Source of the DNA: an uncultured Acidobacteriota bacterium | GTDB taxonomy: Bacteria > Acidobacteriota > Vicinamibacteria > Vicinamibacterales > SCN-69-37 | Assembly (NCBI GenBank): GCA_963816795.1 | Contig: CAWFLT010000003.1 | Location: 210,202 to 274,201, forward strand | Reading direction: 5' to 3' | DNA: 64,000 nucleotides | In this document: positions 30,867-40,813 of the stretch, in pieces | Position numbering within the stretch: position 1 is the first letter of the stretch | Layout: each line of letters opens with the position of its first letter | The notes under the pieces: model-generated | What the model was told of the DNA's origin: nothing | The model's input: the letters and a program-made list of their open reading frames with translations, nothing else | Database searches by the model: none | Translations under genes and position numbers: made by a program

Positions 30867-32462
30867 CTACGACCGCTTGGGTCGCTTGAGTCCGAGCTTC
30901 GCCAGCCGGGTCTCGAGGGTCGTCGGCCTGAGTCCGAGCCGGTCGGCCGCGCCGCCCGCTCCGCGGATGCGCCAGCCGGTGCTCTCCAGCACGCCGCGGA
31001 TGTGCTCCTTCTCGACGTCGACCAGCTTGAGGCTGCGCCTCGCCGCCGCCGCGGTGGACGTCGGCAGGGTCAGGCTCAGCCGAGGTCCTGTGGCGACGAT
31101 CATCGCGCGCTCGACGACATTCCGGAGCTCGCGAATGTTGCCGGGCCACGGGTATTGCTGCAGCGTCTCCATGTTGTCGCGTGAGATGGCGTCGATCCGC
31201 TTGCCGAACGCCTTCGAGAACTCGTCAACGAACCGCCAGACCAGGAGGGGAATGTCTTCGGCGCGGTCCCGCAGCGGCGGCACCTTGATGGGAAACACGT
31301 TGAGCCGATAGAACAAGTCCTCCCGAAACGTGCCGTCGGCGATCCGCTGTTCGAGATCGCGGTGAGTGGCGGCGATGATGCGCGTGTCAACGCGAATCGC
31401 TCTCGGACTCCCCAATCGCTCGATCTGCCGTTCCTCGAGCACCCGCAGCAACTTGATCTGCACGTCCTGAGGGAGCTCGCCGATCTCGTCGAGGAAGATC
31501 GTCGAGTGGTCGGCCAGCTCGAAGCGGCCGATCTGACGCGCGAGCGCGCCGGTAAAGGCGCCCTTCTCGCGGCCGTACAGCTCGCTCTCCATCAGCGTGA
31601 CCGGAATCGCTGAACAGTTCACGCGCACCATTGCCCGGCTGTGACGGGCGCTGAGCTCGTGGATCTGCGTCGCGAACAGTTCCTTGCCGGTGCCGGTCTC
31701 GCCGAGCAGGAGCACCGTCGAATCAGTCGCCGCCACCTGCCGGACCTGCTCCAGCACGCGCCGGACCGCCAGACTCTGGCCGACGATGATGCCGGTACCG
31801 AGTCGCTCCTCGGTCTCGCGCCGGAGGTACACGTTTTCGGCCTGCAACCGATCGCGCAGGCGCTCGACGTCGGCCAGCATGGCCCGGAGCGCGGCCTCAT
31901 TGTCGCGCCGTGTCAGGAAATTGCCGAACACGGTCGCAATGACGCGCAGGCGCTGGATTTCCTCCGGCAGCCAGAGGCGCTCGCGACGCTCGGTATCGAA
32001 ACCGATGGCCCCGACCACTCGTCCGGCGACCGACAGCGGAATCGTGATGTGCGAACGGGTGCCGCACACGCTGTAGTTCGCGTGGTCGACGGGGTTGCGG
32101 ATCTCGTCGACGCTGGAAAAACACACGACGCCCCCGGCGAGGGCGGTTTCGAACGTCCACGGGAACAGGTCCCGTACCGGTGCGGGCATCGGCGAAATCC
32201 CGTCCGCCGCCCAGCCGACGGGATCGGTCAGGACGCCATCGGGCTGGACCCGGTAGAACGTGGCGCGGTCCAGGTCGAGCGCCTCCCCAATCCGCCCCAA
32301 CGCGTCACGAATCGCTTCGTCGCCCTGGTCGGCCGGCAGGTTGATGAACCGCATCGACAGCTCGGCGACCAGCCGGTCGAACTCGATCTCCTGCCCGTGG
32401 GGCACTCGGCCGTTGAGTTCGGCAATCTGCACGCGCTCGGTGGGCAGTTCTTCAATGAACAT
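30867..32462 (-). CDS. sigma-54-dependent transcriptional activator with N-terminal GAF-like sensor
   Basis: AAA+ core LLLGETGTGKELFA, ESELYGREKGAFTGA, FLDEIGELP, RIIAATHRDL. C-terminal Fis-type HTH. The N-terminal ~190 aa are GAF-like. Confidence 0.9.
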   Translation of the reverse strand: MFIEELPTERVQIAELNGRVPHGQEIEFDRLVAELSMRFINLPADQGDEAIRDALGRIGEALDLDRATFYRVQPDGVLTDPVGWAADGISPMPAPVRDLFPWTFETALAGGVVCFSSVDEIRNPVDHANYSVCGTRSHITIPLSVAGRVVGAIGFDTERRERLWLPEEIQRLRVIATVFGNFLTRRDNEAALRAMLADVERLRDRLQAENVYLRRETEERLGTGIIVGQSLAVRRVLEQVRQVAATDSTVLLLGETGTGKELFATQIHELSARHSRAMVRVNCSAIPVTLMESELYGREKGAFTGALARQIGRFELADHSTIFLDEIGELPQDVQIKLLRVLEERQIERLGSPRAIRVDTRIIAATHRDLEQRIADGTFREDLFYRLNVFPIKVPPLRDRAEDIPLLVWRFVDEFSKAFGKRIDAISRDNMETLQQYPWPGNIRELRNVVERAMIVATGPRLSLTLPTSTAAAARRSLKLVDVEKEHIRGVLESTGWRIRGAGGAADRLGLRPTTLETRLAKLGLKRPKRS

Positions 32463-32545
32463 GGTTTGTCGTCGGCTCCCTCCAGCGATGGACCGCGAGC
32501 ACTACAGGCGTCTTGGAGCTTAGAGAGAACGCCACCGGGCCGGCT

Positions 32546-32561
32546 ATTGCACCTTGGTTCA
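32546..32561. promoter_or_regulatory. operator candidate ATTGCACC-TT-GGTTCA (near-palindrome)
   Basis: Shares ATTGCACCTTGGT with the reverse complement of the 21028-21044 site. Lies in the divergent EBP/DUF3300 intergenic region, flanked by GCCGGCT direct repeats. Confidence 0.4.
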
Positions 32562-32673
32562 GTGCCGGCTGCCCGCGGAACCCACAGGGACTCTTGCGGT
32601 ACACTGTACCTTTGGACAATGGCGAGGCGACGAACGCGGTGTTATACAGGACTGAAGGGACGGGTGTCGTACG

Positions 32674-33915
32674 ATGAAACAACCTAGCTTCCGAACGGGA
32701 CGACTCGCCCGCGGCGCCGCGTTCAAGAGCATCGCGTTCGCCTGTGCGACGTTCCTGATGCCATACGACGCCGTGGCACGGACGCAGGCGGCCCAGCAGC
32801 CGTCCGCCGCCGCCGATCCGGCCGCGGCCAAGGTCCCCAACGATCAATTGGACTCGCTGGTCGCGCCGATCGCGCTCTATCCGGATCCGCTCTTGAGCCA
32901 GACGCTCGTGGCCTCGACGTATCCGCTCGAGATCATCCAGCTGCAACAATGGCTCGCGAAAAACCCGGGCCTCAAGGACAAGGCGCTGACCGATGCCGCG
33001 CTGAAGCAGCCTTGGGATCCGAGCATTCAGGCCATGGCGGTCCTGCCCGACGTCGTCAAGCGGCTGGCTGACGACATCCAGTGGACCACCGACCTCGGCA
33101 ACGCCTTCCTCGCACAGCAGAGCGATGTGATGGACGCGGTCCAGCGGATGCGTAAGAAAGCGCAGGGCACCGGCGCGCTCGCCTCGAACGAACAGCAGAA
33201 GGTGGAAACGAAGGTCGTCGAAACCAAGACGGTGATCGTCATAGAACAGGCCAATCCGCAGGTCGTCTACGTCCCTGCGTACAGCCCGACGATCGTCTAC
33301 GGTCCGCCGATCTATCCTTACCCGCCGATCTACTACCCGCCGTACCCGGTGGGGGCGGTGGCGATCTCGTTTGGTGTCGGCCTGGCCGTTGGCGCGGCGT
33401 GGGGCGGCGGCGGCTGGGGGTGGGGCTGCGGGTGGGGCGGCAACGATATCGACATCAACGTGAACAACAACTACGTCCGCCACAACAACATCAACAACGT
33501 CAACAACATCAATCGCGGCAATTCCGGCAAGTGGCAGCATAACGCGCAGCACCGTGGCGGCGCGCCTTATGCGAACCAGGCGACTGCAGATCGGTTCGGC
33601 GGGACGGCCCGTGGCGACTCGCTGTCGTCCCGGCAATCGGGCGCGCGGACGCAAACGCAGAGCGGCGCGGCCCGGCAGCCGCAGGCGAGTGCCGCCAGTC
33701 GATCCCCGAGTACGAGCTCAGCTGGCGCCGGCCGCACGGACACGGGTGGCGGAGACAGGGTCGGCAACCGCGAGGTCCCGAAGAGCAGCCCGTCGTCGTC
33801 ACGGAGCAGCAGTGCCATGGGCGGCAGTTCCGGCGGCGCCAGCCGCGCCTCCGCCAGCAGCAGCCGCGGCGGGAGCAGTATGGGCGCCTCCCGCGGCGGC
33901 GGCGGACGAAGGTGA
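32674..33915 (+). CDS. DUF3300 domain-containing secreted protein
   Basis: LDSLVAPIALYPDPLLSQTLVASTYPLEIIQLQQW...PWDPSIQAMAVLPDV is the DUF3300 signature. The tail is low-complexity and rich in G/W, N and S. Confidence 0.85.
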   Translation: MKQPSFRTGRLARGAAFKSIAFACATFLMPYDAVARTQAAQQPSAAADPAAAKVPNDQLDSLVAPIALYPDPLLSQTLVASTYPLEIIQLQQWLAKNPGLKDKALTDAALKQPWDPSIQAMAVLPDVVKRLADDIQWTTDLGNAFLAQQSDVMDAVQRMRKKAQGTGALASNEQQKVETKVVETKTVIVIEQANPQVVYVPAYSPTIVYGPPIYPYPPIYYPPYPVGAVAISFGVGLAVGAAWGGGGWGWGCGWGGNDIDINVNNNYVRHNNINNVNNINRGNSGKWQHNAQHRGGAPYANQATADRFGGTARGDSLSSRQSGARTQTQSGAARQPQASAASRSPSTSSAGAGRTDTGGGDRVGNREVPKSSPSSSRSSSAMGGSSGGASRASASSSRGGSSMGASRGGGGRR

Positions 33916-33919
33916 GGAC

Positions 33920-34879
33920 ATGAAGATCGCGTACATCTGCGGTATCCTCTGCGCCGGCTCGGTGGCCCTGGCGCTCCCCGCGTCTCAGTCAGCGCCCAAA
34001 CCTCAGGCTCCTCAGTCAGCGCCCAAGGCTCAGGTCGTCCAGAAAACGTTCGACACGGCCAAGCAGGCGGTTGACGCGCTGATTGCGGCAGCGGCGGCGT
34101 TCGATACCGCCGCGCTCGAGAGCCTCTTCGGTTCGGACGGGCGCGATCTGGCGCTCACGGAAGATGCCGTCCAGGACAAGAACCGGGCGGAAGAATTCGC
34201 CGCCAAGGCCCACGAGCGCACATTCATCGCCGCCGATCCGGCCAATGCAAACCGTGTGACCTTGTCAGTGGGAACCGACGGCTGGCCGTTCCCGGTGCCG
34301 ATCGTCAGGAGGTCCGGCCGGTGGTCGTTCGATACGAAGGCCGGGCGCCAGGAAGTCATCAATCGGCGTGTCGGCGGCAACGAGCTTGACGCCATCGAGA
34401 TCTGCCGCGGTTTTGTCGAGGCTCAGCACGAGTACGCGCTCTCGAAGCGCGCCGGCGCCGCGGTTAACCAGTACGCTCAGCGCATCATCAGCACGCCGGG
34501 CAAGCAGGATGGCCTGGCGTGGCAGAACGCGGACGGTTCATGGGGCGGGCCGGTCGGCGAGGGCGTCGCGCGGGCCATCGACCAAGGCTACGCTGACAGG
34601 GCCGAGCCCTTCCACGGCTACTTCTTCAAGGTCCTCAAGGGACAGGGGTCCGCCGCGCCACTCGGAGAAATGGACTTCGTCATCAAGGGCGTGATGATCG
34701 GCGGGTTTGCCCTGGTGGCGGCTCCGGCCGAATACGCCGTCACCGGCGTCATGACATTCATGGTCAGTCACGACGGCGTCGTCTACGAGAAGGACTTCGG
34801 CGACGGCACCCTGAATGCCTTCAAGGCCATGGAGCGGTTCAACCCGGACAAGAGCTGGACTCCGGTCGCAGTCCGGTAA
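33920..34879 (+). CDS. DUF2950 domain-containing secreted protein
   Basis: MKIAYICGILCAGSVALALPA signal, then ...GWPFPVPIVR...WSFDTKAG..EVINRRVGGNELDAI..C..FVEAQHEYA...FHGYFFKVL...GGFALVAAPAEY. Confidence 0.85.
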   Translation: MKIAYICGILCAGSVALALPASQSAPKPQAPQSAPKAQVVQKTFDTAKQAVDALIAAAAAFDTAALESLFGSDGRDLALTEDAVQDKNRAEEFAAKAHERTFIAADPANANRVTLSVGTDGWPFPVPIVRRSGRWSFDTKAGRQEVINRRVGGNELDAIEICRGFVEAQHEYALSKRAGAAVNQYAQRIISTPGKQDGLAWQNADGSWGGPVGEGVARAIDQGYADRAEPFHGYFFKVLKGQGSAAPLGEMDFVIKGVMIGGFALVAAPAEYAVTGVMTFMVSHDGVVYEKDFGDGTLNAFKAMERFNPDKSWTPVAVR

Positions 34880-34925
34880 GCGCGAGCGCGGCAGGCCGGC
34901 CCAGACGCCAGCCGGACCGCGGTTC

Positions 34926-35159
34926 TCACCGGTAGACGGGTACGCCGACGTAAGGGCCCGACCACGGCCCGCCCCAATAGGTCCCCGGATAGCCCGGATA
35001 GCCGTAGCCGACGCCCACGCCGACATACGTGGTGCACTCCGACTGCGCCATGGCGACGGTCATCACGCCCACGAGAAGCAGGATTCGGCCCAGCCGGGCC
35101 CGCAGACCCATCGGAACACTCCGCACCCTCGCGCCGCGGGCATTGACGTTGATCGTCAT
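34926..35159 (-). CDS. small secreted Gly/Tyr/Pro-rich protein
   Basis: ATGA overlap with the upstream stop. Hydrophobic leader ...ILLLVGVMTVAMAQSEC, then YVGVGVGYGYPGYPGTYWGGPWSGPYVGVPVYR*. Confidence 0.45.
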   Translation of the reverse strand: MTINVNARGARVRSVPMGLRARLGRILLLVGVMTVAMAQSECTTYVGVGVGYGYPGYPGTYWGGPWSGPYVGVPVYR

Positions 35160-36010
35160 AGCGGATACCTCTGCAACGCGACAACGCCGCCGGTCGGATC
35201 GGCGACGATGGCGAGAGTACCGTTGCGGCGATCGGATCCGGGCTCGAGCAGGACGCGACCGCCAAGCCCGGCCACCTTGGCAGCGAGCGCCGCCGGATTG
35301 TCGGCGAGGAGATACGGCAGCCATTGCGGCCGGATCTGCGGCGCGCTCCCGGGAATCTGAACGAGCCCGGCGCGCGGCCGGTCACGACGCAGGACGAAGT
35401 ACTCCATACCCAGCCTGGCGTCGGTGCTCGACCCGTCGTAGCCGAACAGGTTCTTGTAGAACGCCAGCGCCTTGGTCGCGTCCTGCGCCAGGTATTCGCG
35501 CCAGAAGAAGTGGGCGGCGAGCGGCTGGATCGGGTCCGCCGACGGGGGCTTCGCCGGCGTCAGCAGGCCGATGGCGGCGCCTTGCGGATCGACGACCACG
35601 GAGGCCCGGCCGGATTTCGCGTCAGTCGGGGGCACGATGACTTTGCCGCCGGCGGACTGCACTTGCTGAAGCGCGCGATCGATGTCGGCGACGGAGACAT
35701 AGCTGACCCATTGGGACGCGGCATCCTTGAGGTCGCGGACGTCGACCAGCCCACCCACCGGCCCAGTCGCCGTGCGCGCGATCAGGTATGGCCGCCCGCC
35801 GCGACTGGTCTCCTCGAACTCCCAACCGAGGAGCGCGCCGTAGAACTGCCGGGCGGCGGTCGCGTCGGTGGTGATCAGGTCCTGCCAGACGAACGCACCG
35901 TCCGCGGCCGCCGCTGTAGTCCCGGGCGAGGCGACAGTCGATCCGCCGGTCGCGCACGCGGTCAACATCGCGACGGCGAGAACGGCGGCAAGCGCACGCG
36001 GCGTGGTCAT
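35156..36010 (-). CDS. two-domain VOC (glyoxalase/bleomycin-resistance fold) lipoprotein
   Basis: Lipobox AVAMLTAC. Two repeats of F(V/F)W..L...D...A..FY..L(L/F)GW/Y...G...DP(Q/T)G. Confidence 0.75.
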   Translation of the reverse strand: MTTPRALAAVLAVAMLTACATGGSTVASPGTTAAAADGAFVWQDLITTDATAARQFYGALLGWEFEETSRGGRPYLIARTATGPVGGLVDVRDLKDAASQWVSYVSVADIDRALQQVQSAGGKVIVPPTDAKSGRASVVVDPQGAAIGLLTPAKPPSADPIQPLAAHFFWREYLAQDATKALAFYKNLFGYDGSSTDARLGMEYFVLRRDRPRAGLVQIPGSAPQIRPQWLPYLLADNPAALAAKVAGLGGRVLLEPGSDRRNGTLAIVADPTGGVVALQRYPL

Positions 36011-36018
36011 GGACGGGC

Positions 36019-36594
36019 CTACTTCTTGAACTGGACGTTGGTCAGCACCACGACATCTGCGCCGTAGTCCTGCGTCTGAATCGCTCCGGCGTCAGTGAGC
36101 TTCAGCGTCGCGGCCGGCACCAGCTCTCCGGATCCCGCGCCGGCGTCCTTGACGTCGAGCAGGGCGAGGGCGAGATCGAAGCCCGCCTTGGGCTTGGCTT
36201 CGGGAAGCCCCGCGCCGAGGTGAACGATGGGGGTGGAGGCGACTACCGTGACCAACCGGCCGCCGCTCACTGGGCGGACGTACGCGTACTTCAGCGGGGT
36301 CTTCCTCGTTCCGAGCTCGATGTAGCCAACGTCAGGGGCTCCCTTGAGCATCTGGACTACCGCCGCCGTCCCGCCCTTCTTCAGCGCGTCGGCCACCTTG
36401 TCGCGTTCGGCGTCAGTCGTCACGCGGGTGACGACAATCGTGACGGGCCCGGTCAGCTGACCGGCTGCCGTCTTGACGGTGGCCGTCGCCGTGAACGTAC
36501 CGGCCTGCGCCAGGATCGATGAAGGATTGCCCACCACGAGCAGCCCCGCCACAACCGCCGGGCCCAGAACGCAAGTCATTCGACGCATAGTCAT
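36019..36594 (-). CDS. secreted hypothetical protein (191 aa)
   Basis: Signal peptide ...LLVVGNPSSILAQA and beta-rich sequence. The stop lies 8 nt before the VOC gene start. Confidence 0.6.
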   Translation of the reverse strand: MTMRRMTCVLGPAVVAGLLVVGNPSSILAQAGTFTATATVKTAAGQLTGPVTIVVTRVTTDAERDKVADALKKGGTAAVVQMLKGAPDVGYIELGTRKTPLKYAYVRPVSGGRLVTVVASTPIVHLGAGLPEAKPKAGFDLALALLDVKDAGAGSGELVPAATLKLTDAGAIQTQDYGADVVVLTNVQFKK

Positions 36595-36669
36595 CTCCCG
36601 TTAGAAAAAGCGCCCCTTGGGGCCAGACGCAAGGATCCTACCCTACATCTTTCGAAAACCACTGTAGCC

Positions 36670-37665
36670 GTGCCCAAGGACTGTCTACGCCTGGTACGCC
36701 ACTTGCGCATGCTCACCGTGCTTGTCCGGGAATGCGCGGCGGCCGAGAAGGCTTGGCCCAAAGTCCCCACGACCGGCCGTGGCGCCAGGCGCTCGGACGT
36801 GGCTCGACGGCAACACTTTCTGAGAGGCCGGATGACCAGACGCTCTGCACAACGGTGGACCCTGACACTTCGCCGCCGCCGCGCCCAGGCCAGCGTCGAA
36901 GCGCGTCGCCAGGAGGCGCGCACGCAGATGATGATGATCGCGCATCTGCATCGCAGGGTCGCCGTAGGAGAGTTGACGGCCGGCATCGCGCATGAGCTCA
37001 ACCAGCCGCTCGAGGCCATTCTGCACAATGCCGAAGCGGGCGAGATGTTGCTCGAGTCCGGGAACATGTCATGCGAGGAAATGCGCAACATCCTGGCTGA
37101 CATCCGCAGGATCGATACCCGCGCCGCTCTGATCATCCAGCGCCTGCGCGGCCTGCTTCGTAAGAAGGAGGAGCTCGACGCTCGGCCGCTCGACGTCAAC
37201 GAGCTCGCTCGGGAGGCCGTCGAGCTGGTGTCGCCCGTTGCATGTTCGAACGGGGTTCACGTCAGGCTGGACCTCGCGACCGGTGTGGGCCCGGTCTCGG
37301 GCGATCAGATCCACCTGCAGCAGGTCTTGTTGAACGTGATGCTCAACGGCATCGAAGCGATGAACACGACGCCGCGAGAGCGCCGCCACCTGGCAATCCG
37401 GACGGCCAACGTGGATCACCAGGTGGAGATCTCAGTCAAGGACTGCGGGCTCGGGATTCGAGCCAAGGCGGTGTCCGACATCTTCAACCCGTTCTATACG
37501 ACCAAAGGCGCAGGCATGGGGATCGGACTCTCAATCGCCCGCCAGATCGTCGCTGCACACGGCGGACAAATCGCGGCTCGGAACAACGCCGACGGCGGGG
37601 CCACGGTGTGGTTTGCACTTCCGCTGGACCGCGGCGCCGTCCCGGCGACCACCGTGCTCCAGTAA
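36670..37665 (+). CDS. histidine kinase core (HisKA + HATPase_c) without recognisable sensor or TM domain
   Basis: H-box ELTAGIAHELNQPL, N-box LLNVMLNGIEAM, G-boxes DCGLGI and GAGMGIGLSIAR. The exact start is uncertain. Confidence 0.8.
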   Translation: MPKDCLRLVRHLRMLTVLVRECAAAEKAWPKVPTTGRGARRSDVARRQHFLRGRMTRRSAQRWTLTLRRRRAQASVEARRQEARTQMMMIAHLHRRVAVGELTAGIAHELNQPLEAILHNAEAGEMLLESGNMSCEEMRNILADIRRIDTRAALIIQRLRGLLRKKEELDARPLDVNELAREAVELVSPVACSNGVHVRLDLATGVGPVSGDQIHLQQVLLNVMLNGIEAMNTTPRERRHLAIRTANVDHQVEISVKDCGLGIRAKAVSDIFNPFYTTKGAGMGIGLSIARQIVAAHGGQIAARNNADGGATVWFALPLDRGAVPATTVLQ

Positions 37666-37692
37666 TGGCTCGGACGCGATCGCACGACCATA

Positions 37693-37704
37693 GGTGCTAG
37701 CACC
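37693..37704. promoter_or_regulatory. perfect 12-bp palindrome GGTGCTAGCACC
   Basis: Read directly from the sequence, about 50 nt upstream of the receiver gene start. It has the same GGTGC/GCACC half-sites as the other two candidate operators, in opposite arrangement. Confidence 0.35.
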
Positions 37705-37754
37705 AAAGAACACTCTCCTCCCGCCATTTCTCTCTGTAGACTTCTCCGGCAGAG

Positions 37755-38147
37755 ATGGGCCCTGTTTCCTCCGTCGCTCTCATCGAGGACGATCCGGATG
37801 CGCGCGTAGCGCTCGGGCGCGTGCTGAAAGCGAGTGGATTCGTCGTCAGCAGCTACGCCTCCGCTGAGGACTATCTCGCCTCCGGAGTGAACGAGCCAGT
37901 CTGCCTGCTCGTCGACATGCAGCTGGAAGGCATGTCGGGGTTGGACTTGCTTCGCGCGCTGCGGACCGGCGGGTCGGCCCTTCCCGTCATCGTGATCACC
38001 GCCAACGATGACTACGACTCTCGGGCCGAGGCTGAACAGCTCGGGTGCGTCGCGTACTTGCACAAGCCATGTCCAGGTCGGCAACTGGTGGCGCTTCTTC
38101 GCAGCCTGCCGGAACCACGTACATCGGCATCCTCACCGGCCGGGTGA
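37755..38147 (+). CDS. single-domain (CheY-like) response regulator
   Basis: VALIEDDPD...LLVDMQLEGMSG...PVIVITAN...YLHKP. Confidence 0.85.
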   Translation: MGPVSSVALIEDDPDARVALGRVLKASGFVVSSYASAEDYLASGVNEPVCLLVDMQLEGMSGLDLLRALRTGGSALPVIVITANDDYDSRAEAEQLGCVAYLHKPCPGRQLVALLRSLPEPRTSASSPAG

Positions 38148-38252
38148 GCACGCCGGCTTGTCTCCTTGGCCTCTGGCCGCGCGGGCTCGCGAGCCCCGTC
38201 TGAACGCCGGTCCTTCAGCTATCATCGGTCTCTTCACCGCTTGGAGGCCCAC

Positions 38253-38678
38253 ATGGGACCGACACCCGACGCCCTGATGCGACGCTGGTTCGACGAAGTC
38301 TGGAATCAAGGACGGGAAGCCGCTATCGACGAAATGTTCGCGCCCAATGGAGTCGTGCATGGCCTGGTGGGCGGCGACATCAATGGACCCGGCGCGTTCC
38401 GGCCGATCTTTCACACCTTCCGCGGCGCATTTCCTGACATTCATTTCACTGTGCTGCGCACGATCGTCGAAGGCGACTTCGCGGCCGTCCACGTCCGCGT
38501 CACTGGAACGCACAGCGGAGACACACTCGGCATTGCGCCGAGCGGCAAGAAGGTCGAGTTCGAAGGGATGACGATCGGCAGGATCGTCGAGGGGCAGTTT
38601 CACGAAGGCTGGAACGCCTTCGACCTGCTGACGATGTACCAGCAGATTGGGGTCGTGGCCCCCGTCCCCGGAGCTTAG
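38253..38678 (+). CDS. SnoaL-like / predicted ester cyclase (NTF2 fold)
   Basis: MRRWFDEVWNQGREAAIDEMFAPNGVVHG...FPDIHFTVLRTIVEGDFAAVHVRVTGTHSG...GKKVEFEGMTIGRIVEGQFHEGWNAFD. Confidence 0.75.
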   Translation: MGPTPDALMRRWFDEVWNQGREAAIDEMFAPNGVVHGLVGGDINGPGAFRPIFHTFRGAFPDIHFTVLRTIVEGDFAAVHVRVTGTHSGDTLGIAPSGKKVEFEGMTIGRIVEGQFHEGWNAFDLLTMYQQIGVVAPVPGA

Positions 38679-38683
38679 CTTCT

Positions 38684-40215
38684 GTGCCCACCGTGCGGGC
38701 GTGGATCGGGTCGACCGTCCTCGTGCTGGCCGTTGCCGCCGACGGTCAATCGCCGGTGCCTGGCGCGGCCTGCGAGCAACTGTCGACGCTCGCGATCGCC
38801 GGAGTCTCGATCAGGCGAGCCCAATCCGTTGACGCGGGCTCGTTTCCGCGACCGGAGAGTACCGCGGCCGGCGCCGACGGTCGCGTGTCGCCGGCGTTTT
38901 GCCGCGTCGAGGCGACACTGAAGCCCTCCAGCGATTCGGAGATCGCGATCGAAGTCTGGATGCCGATGACCGGTGGAACGGGAAATTCCAGGCGGTCGGC
39001 AACGGCGCGTTCAACGGCACCATCAACGAGACCGGGATGCGCGCGGCGCTGGCGCGAGGCTATGCCACCAGTTCCACCGACACCGGGCATACTGGCGGGG
39101 GCGCCCGATGGGCGGTCGGCCATCCGGAAAAAGTCATCGATTTTGGCTGGCGAGCGGTCCACGAAATGACGGTGACCGCCAAGCAGATTATCGCGCGCTT
39201 CTACGGCCGCCACCCGACCCGGTCATATTGGAACGGCTGCTCCGCCGGAGGACGACAGGCGATGAAGAGCGCGCAGCGGTTCCCACAAGATTTCGACGGC
39301 ATCGTGGCCGGCGCACCCGGCCTCGATTGGACCGGACGAGCCGCCCAGGCCGTGCGCGTCGCGAAGGTGTTGGAGACCGACGCCGCCGCACGGCTGTTGC
39401 AGCCGCACCGCCAGCTCCTGCACACCGCGGTCGTCAACGCGTGTGATTCGCTGGATGGCGTGCCGGATGGGTTGATCGACGACCCGGAGCGCTGCCGGTT
39501 CGACCCGGCGGTCCTTCAGTGTCACGATGGCCGCGTCACCGCGTGCCTGACACCGGCGCAGGTGAACACGGCGCGACTCATCTACTCGCAGCCGATCAAT
39601 CCGAAGACCAAACGAGCGATCCCGGGTCTGGTGCCGGGGAGCGAGCTGGGCTGGAGCGACGCCGGCTGGACCGCCTCGGCTCGCGCCACCGGCCTCGATC
39701 AGTTCCGCTTTCTCGTGTTCGGCGATCCGAATTGGACGATTCAGCAGTTCAACTTCGAGTCCGACATCGTCCGCGCCGAGGAGGCCGACGGCGACACCAT
39801 CAACGCCCTCGATCCGAACCTCAAACCGTTCTTCGATCGTGGCGGCAAGCTCATTCAGTATCACGGCTGGAGCGATCCGCAGATTTCTCCGCTGAGCAGC
39901 ACGCAGTACTACTCACGTGTGATCCAGTCGCTCGGCGGCGCATCGGCGGTCCACGGCTCGTACCGCCTCTTCATGGCGCCCGGCATGGGGCACTGCAGCG
40001 GCGGTGAAGGTCCCAACACGTTCGACATGGTCGGCGCGCTGGAGCAATGGGTCGAGCACGATCGCGCGCCCGATCACGTCGTCGCATCTCATGCGACCGC
40101 CGGCGTCGTCAATCGGACGCGGCCGCTCTGTCCGTATCCGCAGGTCGCTGTGTACACGGGACGCGGCAGCACTGATGACGCGGCCAACTTCGCGTGTCGA
40201 GCGCGCACGCCATGA
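38684..40215 (+). CDS. tannase/feruloyl-esterase family alpha/beta hydrolase; frame disruption near 38965
   Basis: Signal peptide, ...EIAIEVWMPMT then WNGKFQAVGNGAFNG...YWNGCSAGGRQAM (nucleophile elbow)...MAPGMGHCSGG. Confidence 0.85.
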
Positions 40216-40755
40216 CCAGAGGCTCCTCAGCGGCCCGATTTTGCTGGCGCTCATCGCCGGGCAGGCGCTCGCGCCGTCTCAGTCCGCGACGGCGCGCAAG
40301 GACGCATCCAATTGCCTGAGGAGTTCCGGTCGTACCAACAATGGTCCGAGATTCTCAAGTCGCCGCTTCCGGTGCCGGCCGAGTTCTGGTTCAAATGTAT
40401 GCCCACGACGGCGGCGGACTGGAGCGCTGCCCGAGAGAAGTACGGGCCGCACACCCAGCGCTACATTCGCGTCTACGCCAACGAAGCGGCTCGAGCGGGG
40501 CTTGCTCTGTCCCGGTCGCCGGTCTTCGGCGCCGGAGCGACACTTGTCAAGGAGAAGCTGCTCGGCTCGCCGGACCATGCGCCTGACGGCATCGCGTTCA
40601 TGGTCAAGCGCAAGCCCGGCACGTTCTCCGAGACGAATGGGTGGGAGTTCCTCTACTTCCCCGCCTCGGGCGACGCCAGGCTCACGCATGAGAGCTGCGC
40701 GCGTTGTCACCGCGCAGCACCCACTGACTACGTGTTCGGCCGCTACGCGAAGTAG
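40212..40755 (+). CDS. cytochrome P460-family protein; clear ORF 40312..40755, N-terminus needs 2 frame corrections
   Basis: ...NGWEFLYFP... and a C-terminal haem motif CARCH with the typical ...DYVFG tail. ATG 40212 overlaps the tannase stop (ATGA). A signal-like ILLALIAGQALAPSQSATA lies in a second frame. The reconstruction of the first 100 nt is tentative. Confidence 0.6.
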
Positions 40756-40813
40756 TGTGCGAAGTGCCTGCAGTGCGAGGGCGGAATCGGCGTAACTGCT
40801 GCCTCGGTCGCCG

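Noticed and set aside
33420-33915. Low-complexity G/W-, N- and S-rich tail of the DUF3300 protein as a novel repeat domain
   Set aside because: From memory, DUF3300 proteins commonly carry such disordered C-terminal tails. The local AT-rich AAC repeats simply encode the Asn run.
36670-37665. Histidine kinase lacking any sensor domain as a truncated pseudogene
   Set aside because: The ORF is uninterrupted with an ~100-aa coiled-coil-like N-terminus. Soluble core-only kinases exist, so there is no evidence of truncation.
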